The notes beneath the pieces were generated by a model. That model was not told where the DNA came from. It did not search any database and saw only the letters and a program-made list of their open reading frames with translations. From the IMG/VR virus record IMGVR_UViG_2541047774_000009: a DNA stretch of 27,279 nt; one strand, given 5' to 3'. Below, piece after piece: positions 20,053 through 27,279 of the stretch. This DNA is from a virus (Duplodnaviria; Heunggongvirae; Uroviricota; Caudoviricetes). The first letter of the stretch is position 1. Every line of letters starts with the position of its first letter. Both the position numbers and the translations under genes were made by a program.

Positions 20053-20877
20053 ATGTCTCAGAACTTAGACGCAACCGCAATTAATCAAATCCATGCCCTT
20101 ATTTCTGCTCAGGGTGTTAATGAAATTATCAGTAAGATTGGTGCCGATGCTGTGGCATTGCCTGAGAATTTCCGCATTCATGATCTGGAAAAATTTAATT
20201 TAAATCGCTTCCGTTTCCGTGGTGCGCTTTCCACTGCCAGCATCGATGACTTTACCCGTTATTCTAAAGATCTTGCAGATGAAGGCACCCGCTGCTTTAT
20301 CGATGCTGATAATATGCGAGCAGTCAGTGTGCTTAACCTGGGTACTATTGATGAACCAGGTCACGCAGATAACACCGCCACTCTCAAACTGAAAAAGACA
20401 GCACCGTTCTCTGCCCTGTTGTCTGTTAACAGCGAGCGTAACTCCCAGAAGTCACTGGCAGAATGGATTGAAGACTGGGCCGACTATCTTGTGGGCTTTG
20501 ATGCTAATGGTGACACCATTCAGGCAACAAAAGCGGCTGCGGCGGTCCGTAAAATCACGATTGAAGCAAACCAGACTGCTGATTTTGAAGATAATGACTT
20601 CAGCGGCAAACGCTCCCTGATGGAGTCTGTCGAAGCGAAGACCAAAGACATTATGCCAGTGGCATTTGAGTTTAAATGCGTTCCGTTTGAAGGTCTGAAA
20701 GAACGTCCGTTTAAATTACGCCTCAGCATTATCACTGGCGATCGTCCTGTACTGGTTCTGCGCATTATTCAGCTGGAAGCGGTGCAGGAAGATATGGCTA
20801 ACGAATTTCGTGATCTGCTTGTTGAGAAATTCAAGGACAGCAAAGTAGAAACCTTTATTGGGACTTTCACCGCCTGA
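20053..20877 (+). CDS. yfdQ: YfdQ-like DUF2303 protein (274 aa)
   Basis: [22 protein letters not shown]... 274 aa, same length and N-terminus as recalled for E. coli YfdQ; GAGGA RBS. Confidence 0.7.
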   Translation: MSQNLDATAINQIHALISAQGVNEIISKIGADAVALPENFRIHDLEKFNLNRFRFRGALSTASIDDFTRYSKDLADEGTRCFIDADNMRAVSVLNLGTIDEPGHADNTATLKLKKTAPFSALLSVNSERNSQKSLAEWIEDWADYLVGFDANGDTIQATKAAAAVRKITIEANQTADFEDNDFSGKRSLMESVEAKTKDIMPVAFEFKCVPFEGLKERPFKLRLSIITGDRPVLVLRIIQLEAVQEDMANEFRDLLVEKFKDSKVETFIGTFTA

Positions 20878-21005
20878 TTTCATTACTGCAAATGCCCCTG
20901 CGGGGGCATTTATGGAAACGTAATTGACTCAATAATCGCCTGAAGGCGAGGGTTTTCTTTAACCAAAATTCAGCGCGATGCAGCGCATATAACGTGGAGA
21001 ATAAA

Positions 21006-21530
21006 ATGTCATTTATTAAAACTTTTTCCGGGAAACATTTTTATTATGACAGGATAAATAAAGACAACATCGATATTAACGATATCGCGGTTTCCCTTTC
21101 AAATATCTGTCGCTTTGCCGGCCATCTTTCACACTTCTACAGCGTCGCCCAACATGCGGTGCTTTGCAGCCAGCTGGTACCGCAGGAATTTGCTTTTGAA
21201 GCGTTAATGCATGATGCAACAGAAGCGTATTGCCAGGACATCCCGGCTCCACTGAAACGCCTTCTTCCTGACTATAAACGGATGGAAGAAAAAATAGACG
21301 CCGTAATCCGTGAGAAATACGGGTTACCCCCGGTTATGAGTACGCCCGTGAAATATGCCGATCTCATCATGCTGGCAACCGAACGCCGCGATCTCGGGCT
21401 TGATGATGGCTCTTTCTGGCCCGTACTGGAAGGTATCCCGGCAACAGAGATGTTCAAAGTTATTCCACTGTCGCCAGGCCATACCTATGGGATGTTTATG
21501 GAACGCTTTAAAGAGTTAACTGAGTCGTAA
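21006..21530 (+). CDS. yfdR: HD-domain 5'-deoxynucleotidase YfdR-like (174 aa from ATG 21006)
   Basis: MSFIKTFSGKHFYYDRINKDNIDINDIAVSLSNICRFAGH... with HD motif (LMHDATEAY); GGAGA RBS 5 nt before ATG. Confidence 0.75.
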   Translation: MSFIKTFSGKHFYYDRINKDNIDINDIAVSLSNICRFAGHLSHFYSVAQHAVLCSQLVPQEFAFEALMHDATEAYCQDIPAPLKRLLPDYKRMEEKIDAVIREKYGLPPVMSTPVKYADLIMLATERRDLGLDDGSFWPVLEGIPATEMFKVIPLSPGHTYGMFMERFKELTES

Positions 21531-21638
21531 AAATCAGCACGTACGAATTCAAACTCTGCCATAAAAGAACATATAAGTAATTTATTAACATATAGATATA
21601 GGTTATATTACAAATTGAACAATTATTGGAGAGCAACA

Positions 21639-22505
21639 ATGAATCAAAATCCATTCTCATTCTATGACTTTCTTGGATATTTAATACCAGGTGGTTTTTT
21701 TATCCTATTAATGTATTTCTGTGGTTTGACATTCGATCTAGATATTGTTATTGACTTAAGTGAATTGCTCAGAGGTCAAAGTCAAATCTTTGGCATTTTG
21801 AACTACGCTTCAATAGTTATTATATCTTATATAGCTGGACATTTTATTTCTATCACGTCAGCATTTTTTATCGAAAAACACATGAATAAAGAATTAGGAT
21901 ATCCTTCCAAATATCTATTTAAAAAATTGATAGATACCTCAGAAAGCATTTGTAGCCCATCATGCGATGAGAGAAGCGCTGATAAAAAAACAAAAATAAA
22001 GAATCGCATAATCAAATGCGTATTATGCCCAATAATACTATGGGATTTTATAACACAAAAACTATGTTATTCTCAATCTCTACCATTTCATTTAGCTAAT
22101 ACAACATGGTTAATGATCAAAGAAGGTTATGAGAAAAAGTTCATAACAAATCGCCAATTATTACAAGATAAAAACGGACTTGATGATGATCTCTTCAGAT
22201 TGGCATATCATTATGTTTATGAGTTTTCAAAACAACATCAAACAAAAATTCAAAACTATGTTGCATTATATGGTTTTTGCAGAAACATATGTTTAATCTT
22301 TATAATTTCATTTTGGGTATCAGTTCCAACCTTTATTTATCGATTATGTACTCATAGTGATTATCTTTATAGTTTACTTTCAATAATGCTTAGCTTTTTC
22401 TTCGTCTATGTTTTCTATGTTGGTTTTGTTAAATTTTATAGAAGATATACTTTAGAAGTATTAATGGCATTTGCTGTACTTCAAAGTAACGACACTATTC
22501 GTTAA
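21639..22505 (+). CDS. Hypothetical multi-pass membrane protein (288 aa), AT-rich moron
   Basis: GGAGAG RBS before ATG 21639; at least five hydrophobic helices (e.g. FFILLMYFCGLTF, IFGILNYASIVIISYIAGHFISITSAFFI, CRNICLIFIISFWVSVPTFIY, LLSIMLSFFFVYVFYVGFV); very low GC relative to flanking phage DNA. Confidence 0.6.
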   Translation: MNQNPFSFYDFLGYLIPGGFFILLMYFCGLTFDLDIVIDLSELLRGQSQIFGILNYASIVIISYIAGHFISITSAFFIEKHMNKELGYPSKYLFKKLIDTSESICSPSCDERSADKKTKIKNRIIKCVLCPIILWDFITQKLCYSQSLPFHLANTTWLMIKEGYEKKFITNRQLLQDKNGLDDDLFRLAYHYVYEFSKQHQTKIQNYVALYGFCRNICLIFIISFWVSVPTFIYRLCTHSDYLYSLLSIMLSFFFVYVFYVGFVKFYRRYTLEVLMAFAVLQSNDTIR

Positions 22506-22546
22506 TAATGTTGCTCCCGTGTGCAGACGGGATAATGGAGAAACGT

Positions 22547-22753
22547 ATGCTGAACCTCGATTGTGTTCCTATCTCAACTTATTGCAAAGAAACTGGCGAA
22601 ACTCCTGAAGCAATAAACAAACGTGTACAGCGCGGTGTTTGGCGTGAAGGTGTTCAGGTTTTAAAGGTTGAAGGCGTTAAGGAGAGGTGGATTGATCTTA
22701 GTGAGGTTGCAAAATGGGCCAGACAAAACTGCTCAAACTACCGCGCGGCGTAA
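22547..22753 (+). CDS. xis: Excisionase-like protein (68 aa; alternative start 22535)
   Basis: Small basic ORF immediately upstream of and overlapping int by 40 nt; GGAG RBS; resembles prophage excisionase-like proteins. Confidence 0.6.
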   Translation: MLNLDCVPISTYCKETGETPEAINKRVQRGVWREGVQVLKVEGVKERWIDLSEVAKWARQNCSNYRAA

Positions 22754-23889
22754 CAATCAGGAAACACCGCCAGGGCGAAACGATCAATATAACTTTCACC
22801 TACAAAGGAGTTAGATGTCGTGAGCCGCTTTCCAATCTGGAAGTAACACCAAAGAACATTAAATACGCCGAGCGTACACTCGGCGAAATCCATAATAAGA
22901 TCGAAAGGGGAACATTCATTTATGCAGAATATTTTCCCCGTTCTGCTCGTTTGAAAATTTTTGGTAATGCTGCTGCAGGCAAAACGGTAAAGATGTACCT
23001 GGACGAATATCTTGAAATCTGCGAAACAAGAAAACTTTCACCCTCTACGATTGGTGGCTATAAAAAATGCCGTAGTGCGTTAGCCTCACTTCACATTTGC
23101 CCTGCAAGTGAATTAACACCAGCAACCCTGAAAGCGTGGATTCAAAGCCAGAAAACAACCTTAAAAACCATTCGCAACCAGTTATCTTTCCTGCGGTCAG
23201 CACTTGATGAAGCCGTGACCGATGGGGTACTTCAAATTAACCCCGTATCGTTAGTAACAGCTTCGCGCTACCAAAGTGATAAGTCAGAAGCAGAAAGCAG
23301 CTATGTGGTTGATCCGCTATCACCAGCAGAAGTTGATGCATTACTAGCAGCAGCCGGAAACAAACAATGGGAAAATCTGTTCCGGTTCGCTATACATACA
23401 GGCCTGCGTAGTTCTGAACTATGTGCCCTTCGATGGCGTGATATCGACTTTGTTGGAAAAACAGCACATGTCCAGAGCGCAAGTGTTGTTGGTGTTATCA
23501 AAGGGACCAAAACAAAAGCCGGTACTCGTAAAGTTGAACTGACAGAAGAGGCAATGTTGGCGCTGATAAATCAGAAGCCATTTACGTTCATGAAAGATGC
23601 TACGGTCTTTGAAGATCCAAAGACCAATAAGCCTTGGGCAAGTGCTGATGCAATCAGGAAAAAAGCATGGGTGCCAACATTGCGAAAAGCAGGTATTCGC
23701 TACAGAAACCCATATCAGACCAGGCACACTTATGCTACTAAGTACATTAGCCAAGGAGCTAATCTCTTCTGGCTAGCAGGGCAGATGGGGCATAAGGGGC
23801 CCGAAATGTTGTTTCGTCATTATGGGCGTTACTTGAGTGATTATGACAACCACAGCTCAACAACGCTCACAAGTAATTGCAAAAAGTAG
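22714..23889 (+). CDS. int: Tyrosine integrase (391 aa)
   Basis: Catalytic-domain motifs HTGLRSSEL (Arg), RHTYATK (His/Arg) and LFRHYGRYL (Tyr nucleophile); N-terminal arm-binding-like domain. Confidence 0.9.
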   Translation: MGQTKLLKLPRGVTIRKHRQGETINITFTYKGVRCREPLSNLEVTPKNIKYAERTLGEIHNKIERGTFIYAEYFPRSARLKIFGNAAAGKTVKMYLDEYLEICETRKLSPSTIGGYKKCRSALASLHICPASELTPATLKAWIQSQKTTLKTIRNQLSFLRSALDEAVTDGVLQINPVSLVTASRYQSDKSEAESSYVVDPLSPAEVDALLAAAGNKQWENLFRFAIHTGLRSSELCALRWRDIDFVGKTAHVQSASVVGVIKGTKTKAGTRKVELTEEAMLALINQKPFTFMKDATVFEDPKTNKPWASADAIRKKAWVPTLRKAGIRYRNPYQTRHTYATKYISQGANLFWLAGQMGHKGPEMLFRHYGRYLSDYDNHSSTTLTSNCKK

Positions 23890-24139
23890 CCTTGAGCAAG
23901 GTAAAGCATGTTATTCAAAGAAGCCTATTTCGTTCAAAACGAGAGGTCCTCCACAAATCCACGCTTGAATAGGTATTCTTTACAATTATGAGCATACCCC
24001 TTATAGATTTATTCCATTGAAAAATGCCATCCCCCTGATAAAACAACAGTATTATTGTTTCAAAAAAAATGTTATAAGTAAATTCACTTACATGTAACGT
24101 TTAAATTTTTGTTTAAGAAGTATAAATTAGAGGGATAAA

Positions 24140-24991
24140 ATGACTACACCAGTAATAAGTTTCATAAATATGAAAGGTGGGGTTGGTAAAACAACTTTAT
24201 GCGTCGGCATTGCTGAATATCTTGCAAACTTCATGGATAAAAAGGTATTAATTATCGATATTGACCCACAATTTAACGCTACACAGTCAATACTTAGTAA
24301 ATATGATCGAGTGAAAGAGTATATAGCTGATCACTTAGAAAATACAAAAACCATCAGACGAATATTCGAGACAAAATCAAGCTTAACGGGTAAAGTTCAG
24401 CAGGTCACTCCTGATGAAATTATCATCAAGATGTCAGAGCACTTAGATATGATTTTTGGTGATATTAATACAATATTTGATATTGAACAACCTGCGGCAA
24501 GATTACATAAGCTAAAACGCTTTATAGAAGAACATAAGCTTCGAGATATATATGACTTCATTTTGATCGATAGCCCACCAACCATTTCATTATTTACTGA
24601 TGCAGCTCTCGTTGCTTCAGATTATTATATTGTGCCAGTTAAAATTGACCACTACTCAATTTTAGGTGCGACAAGTCTTTTAAGCGTAATAGAAAACATT
24701 CAAGATAATTATGACCATAAAAACATTCAAAACCTTGGTTTTATTTATACTAATACCCTAGAAAATCTATCAAAAAAGACAAAAAAGCTAAAGACAGACT
24801 TTGAAAGTACTGAACCTTTTAATGAACTATACTTTTTTGATAACCAGTTGAAGTTTGTACAGGATTTGATGGTGGGTGGTAGAGGTAATATATCATCAAG
24901 TTATAAATCATCCAGAAAATATATCAAAGCGATTTGTGAAGAGTTTTTAAGTCGGATCCAAGAAGTGCAAACGGGGGGGGAAGATGAATAA
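24140..24991 (+). CDS. ParA/MinD-family P-loop ATPase (283 aa)
   Basis: Deviant Walker A MKGGVGKTT, IDIDPQFNATQ motif, ILIDSPPTISLF Walker B-like segment; AGAGGGA RBS; AT-rich. Confidence 0.85.
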   Translation: MTTPVISFINMKGGVGKTTLCVGIAEYLANFMDKKVLIIDIDPQFNATQSILSKYDRVKEYIADHLENTKTIRRIFETKSSLTGKVQQVTPDEIIIKMSEHLDMIFGDINTIFDIEQPAARLHKLKRFIEEHKLRDIYDFILIDSPPTISLFTDAALVASDYYIVPVKIDHYSILGATSLLSVIENIQDNYDHKNIQNLGFIYTNTLENLSKKTKKLKTDFESTEPFNELYFFDNQLKFVQDLMVGGRGNISSSYKSSRKYIKAICEEFLSRIQEVQTGGEDE

Positions 24992-25397
24992 AAATAGTAA
25001 CAACCTCGAATTATTACAGACATTGGTTTATAAGAAGCCCTCGTCAAAAGAAGCGTTTATTGGTTTGATAACAATAGCAATCTATTCTAGGGAAATTTTT
25101 GTTAAAAATGAAGATGCAGCAGAATTCGTAAAAAATGTATTTGGATTAAGTTTCTTAGACTACGTCATCAAGTCAAGAACTTTATTATGCGCTAGACTTA
25201 CCCGTAATCTTGTAAATATGAGCGAGAGAGACATTAAAGAATGCATATATAAAGCATCAGAGTATTTTAAAACTGACAAATTTATTATTGGATATAATGA
25301 AAACTCACTTACTTTTAAAAAAAGTAACGTCAAACGTAATGCAAATCGAGATGTAGGTACGTGGATTAATGCTCTTTTGAAGAAGGATAGAAAATAA
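24984..25397 (+). CDS. Hypothetical protein (137 aa), second gene of ParA-like operon
   Basis: Start overlaps ParA stop by 8 nt; Lys/Asn-rich; no family recognised. Confidence 0.5.
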   Translation: MNKNSNNLELLQTLVYKKPSSKEAFIGLITIAIYSREIFVKNEDAAEFVKNVFGLSFLDYVIKSRTLLCARLTRNLVNMSERDIKECIYKASEYFKTDKFIIGYNENSLTFKKSNVKRNANRDVGTWINALLKKDRK

Positions 25398-26062
25398 TGC
25401 TTCAAAGAGACCCACATGGATTTAGAAAAGACGTAAAAGAATTTATCACAATGATAAAATCATTTCAGGTCGATATTCGCACCGAAAACAATCTTACATC
25501 GGCTTATAAACATGTGCTTTTTCTGGAGTTTATCCATAACTCACATCCAGAAATAAGTCACAAAACCTTTATAAAAAGTATTATTTATGATGTTTTAAGT
25601 TCAATTACAGCGATACTTCATAAACGAGAGCGATATCTTCATCTTAATTTTCGCTCAATGATTGAACATCTTGCACGTATATCCTTACAAAAAGTTGATA
25701 ACGGGGGGGATTTCGATATTACAATTAGAACTCTTGATTTCGAGAATCTTAAATCTACCAACACTGATGAAAACTGGGCGTACATGCATTCACAGTATAA
25801 ACAAGCATGTGGCTGGTTACACTCATCATCTAAAGTTAAATTAAATATCACAGCATCATTTCCAGATTTATTAAAGTCTGATTCAAAAAGTAATGCAGCT
25901 AAACTGTCAACCCATTTGCAAAAGATGACTACCGAAATGTTAAAGATTTTTTTTAACTACTATGTTGATGAGATTCAAACTTCTTTTTACCGCACACGGG
26001 GAGAAATGAGGTATGTGCTTGGCAACCATAACTTCGAATATTTTTTAAGCAAGAATCCATAA
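25397..26062 (+). CDS. Hypothetical protein (221 aa), third gene of ParA-like operon
   Basis: ATG overlaps upstream stop (TAATG), AAGGA RBS; no family recognised. Confidence 0.5.
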   Translation: MLQRDPHGFRKDVKEFITMIKSFQVDIRTENNLTSAYKHVLFLEFIHNSHPEISHKTFIKSIIYDVLSSITAILHKRERYLHLNFRSMIEHLARISLQKVDNGGDFDITIRTLDFENLKSTNTDENWAYMHSQYKQACGWLHSSSKVKLNITASFPDLLKSDSKSNAAKLSTHLQKMTTEMLKIFFNYYVDEIQTSFYRTRGEMRYVLGNHNFEYFLSKNP

Positions 26063-26152
26063 ATATATATTTCCTTAAAAAGGATACGTGAAGTACACGA
26101 AGCATGCGAGAAATAAAATAAAAAAATAAAAATCAATAAATTAAAAACAAAT

Positions 26153-26184
26153 GGACGCTGGTTCAACTCCCGCCAGCTCCACCA
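26153..26184 (+). other. ssrA: 3'-terminal fragment of ssrA (tmRNA) forming an attachment-site junction
   Basis: GGACGCTGGTTCAACTCCCGCCAGCTCCACCA matches the E. coli tmRNA 3' end (T-arm and CCA) with one G-to-T difference in the T-stem; upstream sequence is AT-rich and unrelated to the ssrA body. Confidence 0.8.
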
Positions 26185-26231
26185 AAATTCTCCATCGGTG
26201 ATTACCAGAGTCATCCGATGAAGTCCTAAGA

Positions 26232-26264
26232 GCCCGCACGGCGCAAGCCCTGCGGGCTTTTTTG
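26232..26264 (+). terminator. Intrinsic terminator downstream of ssrA 3' end
   Basis: GCCCGCA...TGCGGGC stem followed by TTTTTT. Confidence 0.6.
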
Positions 26265-26388
26265 TGCCTTGAATTTGTCCCGCGAAGTCTGATGCCAACT
26301 AATTAAATCCGAACCTTTTAGGCACCTTGTTAGGCACCTCATAAAGCTTTATTGTTTTTGAGGTGCCTAAAACTATGGAAACCCGGCA

Positions 26389-27279
26389 ATGGCAAGACAA
26401 ACCAAACCTCTCTCCGTTAAGGAAATCGAATCAGCCAAACCCAAAGAAGTGGACTACGTTCTCTATGATGGTGATGGCCTTGAGCTACTCATCAAATCCA
26501 GCGGGAGTAAAATCTGGCAGTTTCGCTACATTCGCCCTGTCACCAAGAAACGTGCGAAGAAGAGCATTGGCCCCTACCCGTCAGTTACGCTTGCCGATGC
26601 AAGAAACTATCGCGCAGAGTCTCGTTCTCTTCTGGCGAAACAAATCGACCCTCAGGAACATCAGCAAGAACAACTTCGCAGTTCGCTGGAAGCTAAAACC
26701 AATACTTTCCAGCTCGTGGCTGAACGTTGGTGGAATGTGAAGAAAACCAGTGTGACCGAAGACTACGCAGAGGATATCTGGCGCTCTCTTGAGAGAGATG
26801 TTTTTCCTGCGATTGGCGACGTTAGCGTTACAGATATTAAAGCTCACACACTGGTTCAGGCCGTCCAACCGGTTCAGGCCAGAGGAGCACTGGAAACCGT
26901 TCGTCGCCTGTGTCAGCGCATTAATGAGGTCATGATCTATGCCCAAAACACAGGGCTGATTGATGCTGTACCCAGCGTTAATATCGGTAAAGCATTCGAG
27001 AAGCCTCAGAAAAAGAACATGCCCAGCATTCGACCGGATCAGCTACCACAACTGATGCAAACAATGCGAACAGCCAGCATTAGTCTTTCCACACGCTGCC
27101 TGTTCATGTGGCAACTCCTTACTATTAGCCGCCCTGCCGAAGCGGCTGAAGCACGCTGGGAAGAGGTAGACATAGAAGCGCGAGAGTGGAAGATTCCTGC
27201 AGCACGTATGAAAATGAACCGCGACCATACTGTTCCATTGTCAGATGAAGCAATTGTGTCAACGACGGATGAAAAGTGA
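26389..27279 (+). CDS. intA: IntA-like (P4/CP4-57 family) integrase, apparently truncated at 296 aa
   Basis: MARQTKPLSVKEIESAKPKEVDYVLYDGDGLELLIKSSGSKIWQFRYIRP... P4-family integrase N-terminal and core-binding regions; in-frame TGA at 27277-27279 before the catalytic His/Arg/Tyr region. Confidence 0.75.
   Translation: MARQTKPLSVKEIESAKPKEVDYVLYDGDGLELLIKSSGSKIWQFRYIRPVTKKRAKKSIGPYPSVTLADARNYRAESRSLLAKQIDPQEHQQEQLRSSLEAKTNTFQLVAERWWNVKKTSVTEDYAEDIWRSLERDVFPAIGDVSVTDIKAHTLVQAVQPVQARGALETVRRLCQRINEVMIYAQNTGLIDAVPSVNIGKAFEKPQKKNMPSIRPDQLPQLMQTMRTASISLSTRCLFMWQLLTISRPAEAAEARWEEVDIEAREWKIPAARMKMNRDHTVPLSDEAIVSTTDEK

Larger units (their letters stand above)
26185..27279 (+). mobile_element. Left end of a CP4-57-like ssrA-associated integrative element (partial)
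   Basis: Sequence after CCA (AAATTCTCCATCGGTGATTACCAGAGTCATCCGATGAA...) followed by intA-type integrase gene, the arrangement found downstream of ssrA in E. coli K-12. Confidence 0.7.

Noticed and set aside
23890-24139. Looked for an attachment core or ssrA-like sequence immediately downstream of int
   Set aside because: No similarity to the ssrA 3' end here; the only ssrA-derived sequence is at 26153-26184, so the ParA-like operon lies inside the element boundary or is a separate remnant

Overview
The window is almost entirely a lambdoid prophage in standard prophage order read right to left, abutting a second ssrA-associated element. From the left: lambda-type head/packaging genes on the minus strand (portal B partial, W, terminase A, Nu1) and a lambda-like cos site (cosN 3777-3788); small envelope-directed accessory genes including bor; a lysis cassette of P21/933W type (S21-like pinholin, DUF1327-like gene, SAR endolysin, lambda-like Rz with embedded Rz1); a 3.8 kb Q-to-S accessory region (structured non-coding DNA, an orphan beta-class DNA methyltransferase with a small wHTH ORF, and a convergent lower-GC gene for a 339-aa membrane-anchored protein); a phage-82/QuuD-type Q; the early-right operon (DUF968, KilA-N, RusA, LexA-DBD-like, Dam-like methyltransferase, wHTH/PerC-like protein, replication initiator with internal iterons, CII-like and Cro-like proteins); a divergent CI repressor with operators; a pL-like promoter with a long structured leader; yfdP/yfdQ/yfdR homologues; an AT-rich multi-pass membrane protein; and xis-int. 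Beyond int lies an AT-rich, translationally coupled three-gene operon (ParA/MinD-like ATPase plus two unknown proteins) ending at a 3'-terminal fragment of ssrA (tmRNA), followed by a CP4-57-type intA that stops prematurely at the window edge. No CRISPR array, rRNA, intact tRNA or stx genes were seen. The most promising candidates for an undescribed system are the ParA-like operon at the int-att junction, the 339-aa membrane-anchored protein between Q and S, and the AT-rich multi-pass membrane protein upstream of xis. All homology calls rest on reading the translations against remembered family sequences and motifs, not on database searches.
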